Assembly: GCA_035945735.1 (NCBI GenBank)
Contig: DASYZY010000033.1
Span: 1-37,193, forward strand
Source of the DNA: Thermoplasmata archaeon
Lineage (GTDB): Archaea > Thermoplasmatota > Thermoplasmata > Lutacidiplasmatales > UBA184
Reading direction: 5' to 3'
DNA: 37,193 nt
A model generated the notes under the pieces. That model was not told the DNA's origin. It ran no database searches and saw nothing but the letters and a program-made list of their open reading frames with translations. This document shows positions 24,461 through 31,686 of the stretch, in pieces (position 1 is the stretch's first letter; every line of letters begins with the position of its first letter). Position numbers and translations under genes: made by a program.

Positions 24461-25612
24461 TCACGGCGGCAGGGCACCGCCGACCATGGCGGCGTCCAGC
24501 AGCCGTCCGAGCTCCTCGGGGGTGGGGAGTCGGGGGTTGGAGAGCATCGCCGGCGACCGGAGGGCCTCGGTGAGGATGTCCGCCCGAGCGGCCGCGAGCG
24601 CCTCGCGAGAGGCCCCGGCCGCCTCCAGCGATCGAGGGAGTCCGGCCGCCTCCCCCAGCGTGCGGAGTCGAGCCGCGAAGGCCGCCGCGCTCTGAACCGC
24701 CGGTCCACCCAGCGCCGGCTCGAGCGGAGCGATGCGGTCCCGAGCCGCGGGAAAGTTGAACTCCATGCCGACGGGCAGCAGCGCGGCCACGGCCCGGGAG
24801 TGCGGGACCCCGAGCCGTGGGCCGGCGGCGTCGGCCAGGGCGTGCACGAGACCGAGCTGCGAATTCGCCGCCGCGAGCCCCGCTAGCGTCGCGGCCACCT
24901 GAAGCTGCGTCCTCGGCTCGGGCCGGCCCGGATGGCGAACGGCGGAGGGGAGTTCGGTGACGATGATCCCGACGGCCTCCCGTGCGAGCGCCGCGCTCGC
25001 CGGGTGGGACCACTCGGACAGGAGCGACTCGAGGGCGTGCGCCAGGGCATCGGCGCCGGTGGAGGCTATCCATGAAGGCGGGAGCGTCTCGAGCAGCTCC
25101 GGATCGAGCAGCACCCAATCCGGAAGGAGCTCGCGCGATCTCACGCCCCTCGCGCCGTTCGCCGCCGGCAGGTAGGCGAGACCGTTCACCTCGCTGCCGG
25201 AGCCGCAGGTGGTGGGGACCGCCACGAACCGCGCCTTGCGGCGTAGCCCCAGCTCTCCCTCGGTGACGGGTTCGAGATCGGCGCCGTCGGGGCGTTCGTA
25301 GTTCACCCATGCCAGCTTGGCCAGATCGAGCACGCTGCCGCCACCGATGGCCACGATCCAGTCGGGGCGGGATGATTCGAGCGCGCGCTGGACGGCGCCG
25401 AGCGAGGCCTCCGTGGGCTCTCCCGGGGGCGCGACGAATCGATCGACCGAGCCCCCCTCCTTACGAAGCTCCTCCTCGTAGAGGCGGAGCTTCGGGGCCG
25501 AGGCGAGGCCGGGGTCGACCAGTAGCCAGGCCCGATGGGCCCCGATCGAGCTGAGCTGCTCGAAGGCGCTCACCCCCAGCACCACCGGCGGGCAGAGCAG
25601 GTACCCGAGCAC
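24461..25612 (-). CDS. Iron-containing (group III) alcohol dehydrogenase family protein
   Basis: The sequence carries IVAIGGGSVLDLAK, VAVPTTCGSGSEV and GADALAHALESL, plus a later H-x-x-x-H region (LVHALADAAG...HS). The start is GTG. Confidence 0.85.
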   Translation of the reverse strand: MLGYLLCPPVVLGVSAFEQLSSIGAHRAWLLVDPGLASAPKLRLYEEELRKEGGSVDRFVAPPGEPTEASLGAVQRALESSRPDWIVAIGGGSVLDLAKLAWVNYERPDGADLEPVTEGELGLRRKARFVAVPTTCGSGSEVNGLAYLPAANGARGVRSRELLPDWVLLDPELLETLPPSWIASTGADALAHALESLLSEWSHPASAALAREAVGIIVTELPSAVRHPGRPEPRTQLQVAATLAGLAAANSQLGLVHALADAAGPRLGVPHSRAVAALLPVGMEFNFPAARDRIAPLEPALGGPAVQSAAAFAARLRTLGEAAGLPRSLEAAGASREALAAARADILTEALRSPAMLSNPRLPTPEELGRLLDAAMVGGALPP

Positions 25613-25631
25613 GCACGCCCCGACGGAAGCG

Positions 25632-25955
25632 CTAGCCGACCGGGCCTTCGCGACACCGCCGGCAGGTCGCGGTGAGGGTCAGGGACAGCCCGTCCACGAT
25701 CCAGCCCTCGGGCGCCTTGCCCGCGAACCCCGCGAGAAGGCCGACCTCCTCCGCGTCCAAGGAGAGGGCCGAAATGCGGCCGCAGCCCCGACAGACCGCG
25801 AGCAGGTGAGGCGGGTCGATCCGGGGGACCACGACGCCCTCGGGTTCGTCGGGCACGCTGCCCGGGACGACCTCGGCCAGCGGCTCCTTGGCGCTCTCCT
25901 TGCGCCGTGGGGCGCGGGGAGCGCGTTTGGTCCCACGGGGGGAACGATTCGGCAC
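25632..25955 (-). CDS. Small protein resembling only the C-terminal dimerisation/metal domain of Fur-family regulators, with a basic disordered N-terminus
   Basis: PHLLAVCRGCGRISALSLDAEEVGLLAGFAGKAPEGWIVDGLSLTLTATCRRC parallels the Fur pattern HHH-L-x-C-x-x-CG-x-(I/V)...G(F/W)-x-(I/V)...L-x-L-x-G-x-C-x-x-C. The first roughly 45 aa are Lys/Arg/Pro-rich. No winged-helix region fits in the ORF or in the 138 nt upstream. Confidence 0.45.
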   Translation of the reverse strand: MPNRSPRGTKRAPRAPRRKESAKEPLAEVVPGSVPDEPEGVVVPRIDPPHLLAVCRGCGRISALSLDAEEVGLLAGFAGKAPEGWIVDGLSLTLTATCRRCREGPVG

Positions 25956-26027
25956 AGACGACGTACCGGACCTAGGTATTTGACCCGGCCATTCGAAGCG
26001 AGGCCGCCCGGGAGCGGCCCGTTCTGA

Positions 26028-26048
26028 GAGGGCGCGCGAGGCGCCCTC
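26028..26048 (-). terminator. Hairpin GAGGGCGC-GCGAG-GCGCCCTC between the DUF1059-like gene and the mini-Fur gene
   Basis: The perfect 8-bp stem with a 5-nt loop lies about 46 nt downstream of the DUF1059-like stop. There is no T-tract. Confidence 0.25.
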
Positions 26049-26093
26049 CCGGTTCCCGGAGTACTGCGCCGGGACGCGCAGGGAGCCTCCCGA

Positions 26094-26252
26094 CTAGGGG
26101 TGCTTGGCCATCTTCATGATCTCGTCGGGATGCGCGGCCTTTCCGTGCTTGTGCTCGGTGTGCCACTGCACCAGCGAGACCAGTTCCTTCTGGTCCTTCG
26201 TCACGACTTCGAATCCGTCGTCGCACGCCACCTTCATCGCTCCGCATCCCAT
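26094..26252 (-). CDS. DUF1059-like small (52 aa) putative metal-binding protein
   Basis: It is too short for the ORF track. The reverse frame reads MGCGAMKVACDDGFEVVTKDQKELVSLVQWHTEHKHGKAAHPDEIMKMAKHP. The layout (short N-terminus with Cys, then a His-rich helix H-x-x-H-x-H) resembles DUF1059 proteins. A second ATG at 26237 is possible. Confidence 0.45.
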   Translation of the reverse strand: MGCGAMKVACDDGFEVVTKDQKELVSLVQWHTEHKHGKAAHPDEIMKMAKHP

Positions 26253-26371
26253 GGTCGCTGCCTCAGCACCGTATTGGGCAGGTACTAGTTATTAGGGTAG
26301 GGCCGGGGAGATTCGGGTCGCCGGTGGCCACGGCGCACAGCGATTAGTACGACCCGCCGGGTTTCGAGCCC

Positions 26372-26818
26372 GTGCCCAGCCGCGTCCGGTGGTTGTACTC
26401 GGGCATCCGGGTCCGGAATCTCGCCCGTTCGGTCCGTTTCTACCGCCGCCTCGGCTTCCGAGTCGTGAAGCGCGGAGGGTTCTCCCAGGGAGGTCGCTGG
26501 GTCCATCTCGTATTCCCCGGCTCGAAGCACCGTCTTGAGCTCAACCACTACGCGCCCGGCAGCCACTTCGCCGTTCAGTATCGACCGGGCGAGGAGTTCG
26601 ATCACTTCGGCTTCTACGTCGAGGATCCGCTCGGCTGGGTCCGACGGGCCGTGAGGTCGGGCGGCAGACCCATGGTCGGGTTCGTGGACGGGCCGGTGCA
26701 ACTCATGTATGTTAGCGACCCCGACGGCAACTGGCTCGGAGCATGCGGACCCTCCGAGCCGGCCGACGCGCCAACCGGCGGCTCTCGCTCAACGGATCGG
26801 CGCCGAACTCCCGTCTAG
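26372..26818 (+). CDS. VOC-superfamily protein (glyoxalase-like), paralog 2
   Basis: WLYSGIRVRNLARSVRFYRRLGF, the identical RPGEEFDHFGFY block, and YVSDPDGNWL match the other copy. By eye it is well over half identical to 4515..4934 across about 127 aligned residues. The start is GTG. Confidence 0.8.
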   Translation: MPSRVRWLYSGIRVRNLARSVRFYRRLGFRVVKRGGFSQGGRWVHLVFPGSKHRLELNHYAPGSHFAVQYRPGEEFDHFGFYVEDPLGWVRRAVRSGGRPMVGFVDGPVQLMYVSDPDGNWLGACGPSEPADAPTGGSRSTDRRRTPV

Positions 26819-27204
26819 TAGCCCTCTACCAGGAGCCCCGGCACTCGGGAGAAGTCCCGGTCATTGGTGAGCAGCCGCTCTCCGTGCCGCTTCGTGATGG
26901 CGGCGACGAACAGCTCCCCCTGGCTCACGGGAGTCCCGCGACGAAGGAGCTCGCTTCCCAACCGTCCGGCTTCGTCCGCGGATTCTCGGTCGAACGGTAG
27001 CAACGGGAGGCTGCCTAGGAGCGACTGGGTCCGAACGAGGTAGGCCGCTCCGAGGCGGTAGGCTCCCAGTAGGACCTCGCTCACGACCGGAGGGGTCACG
27101 TACTTGGGTTCGCCAGCTTGGTCGAGCTCGCGAGCTTTGTCGACCGCTCGCCGATCGCCAGCGAGCAGGTCGATCAGGAAGCTGCTGTCCAGGCTGACCA
27201 ACAA
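26815..27204 (-). CDS. vapC: PIN-domain toxin
   Basis: The PIN acidic residues are in context: LVSLDSSFLID (Asp near the N-terminus), VVSEVL, ADEAG, and LLTNDRDFSRV near the C-terminus. The protein is 129 aa. The TTG start is 5 nt after the antitoxin stop. Confidence 0.8.
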   Translation of the reverse strand: MLVSLDSSFLIDLLAGDRRAVDKARELDQAGEPKYVTPPVVSEVLLGAYRLGAAYLVRTQSLLGSLPLLPFDRESADEAGRLGSELLRRGTPVSQGELFVAAITKRHGERLLTNDRDFSRVPGLLVEGY

Positions 27205-27209
27205 CCCAC

Positions 27210-27449
27210 CTAAGCACCGTACCGTTCCTGAAGCTTCTTCCGGGATGCCGTGTCGGAGTCACGGAGAAACTTTCGGATCGCACGAAGCTCGGACTTGGGT
27301 GCGCTGGACCAGGCACCGGCGAACGCCGAGAGCTGGGTGTGCGAGCTGGCAAGGCGGCGGACCAGCTCGCTGAAGCTCTCCCCCTCCCGCTTGAGCGCGG
27401 CCAGCGTATCGTAGGCGTCGCGAGAAAGGGTGACGGTCCGGACCGACAT
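27210..27449 (-). CDS. vapB: VapB-type antitoxin (archaeal COG1753 / PF02697-like)
   Basis: The 79-aa protein starts MSVRTVTLSRDAYDTLAALKREGESFSELVRRL, the characteristic N-terminus of this antitoxin family. It sits immediately upstream of the PIN gene. Confidence 0.65.
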   Translation of the reverse strand: MSVRTVTLSRDAYDTLAALKREGESFSELVRRLASSHTQLSAFAGAWSSAPKSELRAIRKFLRDSDTASRKKLQERYGA

Positions 27450-27450
27450 G

Positions 27451-27467
27451 CATCAACTTACATCAAC
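27451..27467 (-). promoter_or_regulatory. Direct repeat CATCAAC-TTA-CATCAAC (GTTGATG x2 on the coding strand) between a TATA-like element and the vapB ATG; candidate operator
   Basis: Two exact 7-mers with 10-bp spacing start 2 nt upstream of the ATG (27449). An AT-rich box (rc TTAGGTAAATG, about 27468..27479) lies just upstream. Confidence 0.3.
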
Positions 27468-27541
27468 ACATTTACCTAAGTTGAGTAGGCAGCGGCGGTG
27501 GTCGTGGCCACCGCCGGCCGACTCCTCCGGGGGGGTTCGGG

Positions 27542-27626
27542 TGCGGGGAGAGGGATTCGAACCCACGAACTCCTACGAGACCAGACCCTGAATCTGGCGC
27601 CTTTGGCCAAGCTTGGCAATCCCCGC
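27542..27626 (-). tRNA. tRNA-Leu (anticodon CAG), class II with long variable arm, no intron, CCA not encoded
   Basis: The reverse complement folds as acceptor GCGGGGA/TCCCCGC, D-stem GCC/GGC, anticodon stem CCAGA/TCTGG, loop TTCAGGG, and variable arm CTC-GTAG-GAG. The T-arm is GTGGG-TTCGAAT-CCCTC (one U-U mismatch), with discriminator A. It is 85 nt long. A TATA-like element (rc TTCATATTC, about 27650..27658) sits about 26-32 nt upstream. Confidence 0.85.
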
Positions 27627-27736
27627 GCCGCCGGCTCAGGGGACGATTCGGAATATGAAGCCTGTGGCAACTACGCGCCCGTCGAGCGGAAGCCGTGCGC
27701 TGAGCCCGAGCGAGCGGCCGCCGTCAGGGGTAGTCC

Positions 27737-28573
27737 CTACGCAAGCGCCGCCGCTCGGGCGGCCGGGGTCGCCAGTTTCTGCCCTTCGAATATCTCCAGC
27801 GCTTCGGCAACGCTCGCGCGATCGTGAACGATGGCTCGGAGCGCCTGGAGCATTGCGACCGGATGGGGAGATTGCCAGATGTTGCGCCCCATGTCGATAC
27901 CGTGGGCACCTTCGGCCATCGCCGAATGAGCCAGCCGAAGCGCCGCCTCCTCGCTATCGAGCTTGGGCCCACCCGCGACGACGAGCGGCACGGGGCAGGC
28001 CTCGACCACCTTCGAGAACCCATCGCAGTAGTAGGTCTTCACGAGGTGAGCGCCCAGCTCGGCCGACACGCGACAGGCGAGCGCGAGGTATCGGGCATCG
28101 CGCTTTTCCAGCTCCTTGCCCACGGCGGTGATGGCCATCACCGGGATCCCGGCCTCCTCCCCCTCGCTGACGAGCTTGCCGAGCGAGGCGAGCGTCTCGT
28201 GCTCGTGCGGGGACCCCACGAAGACCGAAAGGGCCACCGCGCAGGCGTTCAGCCGGACCGCCTCGTGCATCGGGGTCGTCAGTGTCTCGTGGCTCAGGTC
28301 CTCCTGCAGGATCGTCACGCCCCCCGAGACGCGGAGCACGATGGGGACGTCGGCGCCAGGCGGCACCGAGGTACGGAGGACCCCCCGGGTGAGCGCGAGA
28401 GCGTCGCAGTGGGGGATCAACGGGGCGATCGTGGCGGCCGGATTCTCGAGGTGCCGCGTCGGACCCATGAAGTAGCCGTGGTCGACGGCGAGCATGACCG
28501 AGTTGCCGGAGCGGGCCGGGAACATCCGGCCGATCCGGTTGCGCATCCCCCAGTCCATGGGTGGCGACCGCAC
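27737..28573 (-). CDS. DhnA-type class I aldolase family protein, LsrF-like
   Basis: There is strong recalled similarity along the length to E. coli LsrF: MDWGMRNRIGRMFPARSGNSVMLAVDHGYFMGPT, VRLNACAVA, HLVKTYY, PVPLVVAGGPK, and GIDMGRNIWQSPHPVAM. The start is GTG 28573 or ATG 28558, 14 nt downstream of the lrp stop. Confidence 0.75.
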   Translation of the reverse strand: MRSPPMDWGMRNRIGRMFPARSGNSVMLAVDHGYFMGPTRHLENPAATIAPLIPHCDALALTRGVLRTSVPPGADVPIVLRVSGGVTILQEDLSHETLTTPMHEAVRLNACAVALSVFVGSPHEHETLASLGKLVSEGEEAGIPVMAITAVGKELEKRDARYLALACRVSAELGAHLVKTYYCDGFSKVVEACPVPLVVAGGPKLDSEEAALRLAHSAMAEGAHGIDMGRNIWQSPHPVAMLQALRAIVHDRASVAEALEIFEGQKLATPAARAAALA

Positions 28574-28587
28574 GCGGCCTTCGGTTC

Positions 28588-29085
28588 TTAGGGGTTACTG
28601 GGCGGCCGCTCGAGGCTGCGCAACGACAGCGGGACTCGACGCTCCTCCTTGACCCGGTTGAGCACGACCTGGGTGTTTGTCCGCTCGACGTGCGGGTCCT
28701 GGAGGGCCCGTTTGATGAACCGGTCGAGGTCGGCCCGGTCCCGGAACCGGCCGAGCAGGAGCGCGTCGAAGTCCCCCGTGACATCGTACAGCGCGTAGAC
28801 GTGGGGATCCCGGGCCAGGTGCTCCTCGACCTCCCGGAGCCGCCCCTTGGATATCCGGATCCCGATCGTCGCCGCGAAGTCCCAGCCCAACTGCTCCTCG
28901 TCGAGGACGGGGATGTAGCCCTTCACCACGCCGTCCCGCTCGAGCCGGGACAGTCGCGCGCTCACCGTCGTTGGGGAGATCCGCAATCGGGCCGCGAGGT
29001 CCCGGTGGCTCCGCCGCGCGTCGACGTTCAGCTCCTGCAGTATGGCCCGGTCCAGGTCGTCGACGGTGCTGGCCGTTCGCGGCAT
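28588..29085 (-). CDS. Lrp/AsnC-family transcriptional regulator
   Basis: The HTH is LDRAILQELNVDARRSHRDLAARLRISPTTVSARLSRLERDGVVKGY, followed by a RAM/ACT-like domain (GDFDALLLGRF). The protein is 165 aa. Confidence 0.88.
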   Translation of the reverse strand: MPRTASTVDDLDRAILQELNVDARRSHRDLAARLRISPTTVSARLSRLERDGVVKGYIPVLDEEQLGWDFAATIGIRISKGRLREVEEHLARDPHVYALYDVTGDFDALLLGRFRDRADLDRFIKRALQDPHVERTNTQVVLNRVKEERRVPLSLRSLERPPSNP

Positions 29086-29107
29086 GAGTAGGCCAATGGG
29101 TTGGACG

Positions 29108-29114
29108 AATATAA
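29108..29114 (-). promoter_or_regulatory. TATA-like box (AATATAA) in the lrp/glnA divergent region
   Basis: It starts 23 nt upstream of the lrp ATG (29085). It lies inside the AT-rich block 29100..29160. Confidence 0.35.
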
Positions 29115-29204
29115 CAATCGTTTGCCAAAAAGTTGGTCGTTCGACCGAAATCTACGACCGAGGGTTGATGTAGCCGGCCTCGCTCGGAACCACCGGCGGG
29201 GGCC

Positions 29205-30683
29205 ATGGCGGCAGCGGAAACGGTGGGGGAGCGGACGAGGTCGAAGCCGACGAGCGGGGAGGAGGCGGTCGCGCGGATGCGCGCGGAGCACCTCCGCTGG
29301 GTCGAGCTGTTCTACACCGACGTCTTCGGCGGCTACAACCACGTCCATCTGCCGCTGGACGCGCTCGAGTCCGACGCCTTTACCACGGGCATCCCCAAGC
29401 TCGACGGCTCCTCGGTCCGCGGCTTCCGCTCCATCCACGAGTCCGACATGCTCCTCCTGCCGGACCCTAGCACCTTCGCGACCATCCCCTGGCAGGGAGA
29501 GCACGGCGGCACCGGCCGGTTCATCGCCGATGTGCTCCTCGGCGGGAGCCGCGAGCGGTACGGGCACGACCCGCGCGGGATCGCCCGGCGCACGGCCGAG
29601 CACCTCGCCGCCAACGGCTACGATCGCTCCTACTGGGGGCCCGAGATCGAGTTCTTCGTCTTCGACAACGTCCGGCTCCTGCCCTCCGCCGATGGTGTCC
29701 GGAACGCCTGGGGCGGGGCCGGCTACGCCATCGACAGCATCGAGGCGCCGTGGCAGTCCGGCGACGGCCACGCCTCGATCCGGTTCAAGGAGGGATACCA
29801 CCGGGCCGGGCCCCACGACGCCCTCGAGGGGCTGCGCAGCGAGGTCTGCAACATCCTGAGCGACAGCTTCCACATCCGGATGGACGCCCACCACCACGAG
29901 GTGGCGACCGCCGGCCAGGGCGAGATCAACATCCGCTTCGACGAGCTCGTCCCGGCGGCCGACCACGTGCAGGACGTGCGGTTCGTCGTCCGCAACGTCG
30001 CCCGGCAGCACGGCAAGGTGGCCTCGTTCATGCCGAAGCCGGTCTTCGGCGACAACGGCATCGGCATGCACATGAACCAGTCGCTCTGGCGCGGCTCGGA
30101 GAACGCCTTCTTCGACGCCAACGACCCCTACGCCGAGCTCTCCCAGACCGGCCGGTACTACGTCGGGGGCTTGCTCAACCACGCCCGGGCGCTCTGCGCC
30201 ATCACCAACCCGACGACCAACTCGTACCGGCGCCTGGTGCCCGGCTACGAGGCGCCCGTGTTCATCGCCTGGAGCCGGGCCAACCGTTCGGCCAACGTCC
30301 GGATCCCCTTCTATCTCAAGGGCCACCCCGGGGCGAAGCGGCTCGAGTACCGCACGCCGGACTCGGCCGCCAACATCTACCTGACCGAAGCCGCCCTCGC
30401 GCTGGCGGGCCTCGACGGGATCAAGAAGAAGATGGAGCCGCCGGCCCCGGTCGACGAGGACATCTACAAGCTCACACCGGCCCGGCGCCACGAGCTCGGC
30501 GTGCGCGAGCTGCCCGGCTCGCTCGGAGAGTCGCTCGACGCGCTCGCCTCCGACTCGGAGTTCCTGCGCGGGATCTTCCCGGCCTCGCTCCTGGAGACGT
30601 ACACCGAGGCCAAGCGCGAGGAGCAGCTCCAGCTCAACCTGCGGCCGCACCCGTACGAGTTCTACCGGTACCTCGACCTGTAG
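29205..30683 (+). CDS. glnA: Glutamine synthetase type I
   Basis: The sequence carries WVELFYTDVFGG, FMPKPVFGDNGIGMHMNQSLW, NSYRRLVPGYEAPV and RIPFYLKGHPGAKRLEYRTPD. ATG 29205 gives an N-terminal extension of about 20 aa; ATG 29277 is an alternative start. Confidence 0.92.
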   Translation: MAAAETVGERTRSKPTSGEEAVARMRAEHLRWVELFYTDVFGGYNHVHLPLDALESDAFTTGIPKLDGSSVRGFRSIHESDMLLLPDPSTFATIPWQGEHGGTGRFIADVLLGGSRERYGHDPRGIARRTAEHLAANGYDRSYWGPEIEFFVFDNVRLLPSADGVRNAWGGAGYAIDSIEAPWQSGDGHASIRFKEGYHRAGPHDALEGLRSEVCNILSDSFHIRMDAHHHEVATAGQGEINIRFDELVPAADHVQDVRFVVRNVARQHGKVASFMPKPVFGDNGIGMHMNQSLWRGSENAFFDANDPYAELSQTGRYYVGGLLNHARALCAITNPTTNSYRRLVPGYEAPVFIAWSRANRSANVRIPFYLKGHPGAKRLEYRTPDSAANIYLTEAALALAGLDGIKKKMEPPAPVDEDIYKLTPARRHELGVRELPGSLGESLDALASDSEFLRGIFPASLLETYTEAKREEQLQLNLRPHPYEFYRYLDL

Positions 30684-30733
30684 CGAACGGCCGGCAGCGT
30701 AAGGGTCATCCCCGCCCGGGGAGGACCCGCGCC

Positions 30734-31684
30734 GTGGGCGAGTTCCTCGTCGCCTCGGACCTCTCCCGGTCCTACGGCGGGCCGACGATGGCTGTCGACG
30801 GGCTCTCCTTCTCCGTGAACCGGGGCGAGCTCTTCGCCCTCCTCGGACCGAACGGCGCGGGCAAGACGACGACGATCCGGTTGCTCACTGGACTGCTTCG
30901 GCCCACGCGGGGCACCGCGTACGTCGGGGGCCTCGATGTCCGAGACCTCGACAGCGGCCCGGCGATCCGTCGGCAGATCGGGCTCCTGCCGGAGGCGGCC
31001 GGGCTGTACGAGTCGCTCTCCGTCCGTCGCAACCTCGAGCTGTTCGGCCGGCTCTTCGGCCTCTCGGGCCAGGACCTGGAGCAGCGGATCGACGCGCAGC
31101 TCTCCGCCTTGGGGCTCACCGACCGGGCCGAGCAGCGGGCCGGTACGCTCTCCAAGGGGCTCAAGCAACGACTCGCGATCGCCCGGTCGCTCCTGCACAA
31201 CCCGGAGTGCATCGTCCTCGACGAGCCGATCACCGGCCTCGACCCCGAGGCGGCGCGCAGCGTCCGGGAGGCGCTCCTCCGCTTGCGGTCGGAGGGCCGG
31301 ACCGTCCTGCTGTCGACCCACAACCTCGACGACGCCGACCGGCTGAGCGACCGCGTGGCGGTCATCCGGGGGCGGATGCTCGCGGTCGATACCCCGGCGG
31401 GTCTCAAGGGACGGCTGTTCCGGCACCTCGTGGCGATCGAGCTTGCCAACGCCGACGCGCGCGCCGTACAGCTCCTCGGTCCGATCGCGGGCCTTTCCTC
31501 CGTCACGCAGGAAGGGAACCGGCTCACCCTCGACGTGGCGCCCGACGCCGACCCCGTCCCCGATGCCGTGGAGGTGCTCGTCCGAGCGGGCTACCGGGTG
31601 CGGTCGGTCTCGGCCCTCAACCCCTCGCTCGAGGACGCCTACCTGCGCGTGATCGACTCCTCGCGCCAGCTCGCGGGGGCCTAG
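30734..31684 (+). CDS. ABC transporter ATP-binding protein (ABC-2 / DrrA-NatA type)
   Basis: Walker A is GPNGAGKTTT, the signature is LSKGLKQRLAIA, Walker B is IVLDEP, and the H-loop is STHNL. The real gene is the last 316 codons of the 644-aa track ORF, with a GTG start at 30734. Confidence 0.88.
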   Translation: MGEFLVASDLSRSYGGPTMAVDGLSFSVNRGELFALLGPNGAGKTTTIRLLTGLLRPTRGTAYVGGLDVRDLDSGPAIRRQIGLLPEAAGLYESLSVRRNLELFGRLFGLSGQDLEQRIDAQLSALGLTDRAEQRAGTLSKGLKQRLAIARSLLHNPECIVLDEPITGLDPEAARSVREALLRLRSEGRTVLLSTHNLDDADRLSDRVAVIRGRMLAVDTPAGLKGRLFRHLVAIELANADARAVQLLGPIAGLSSVTQEGNRLTLDVAPDADPVPDAVEVLVRAGYRVRSVSALNPSLEDAYLRVIDSSRQLAGA

Positions 31685-31686
31685 CC

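Noticed and set aside
26295-26322. Possible att-like remnant of the tRNA-Leu 3' end (GGGTAGGGCCGGGGAGATTCGGGTCGCC versus the tRNA segment GGGTGCGGGGAGAGGGATTCGAACC)
   Set aside because: Only GGGT, CGGGGAGA and TTCG line up, and only with gaps. That is too short and too GC-biased to separate from chance, and no integrase lies in the putative 1.2-kb island.
29028-30733. ORF 29028..30650 (-, 540 aa) and the first 328 codons of ORF 29750..31684 (+)
   Set aside because: They are antisense to, or out of frame with, glnA, which has textbook glutamine synthetase motifs. The ABC ATPase motifs only start after the GTG at 30734.
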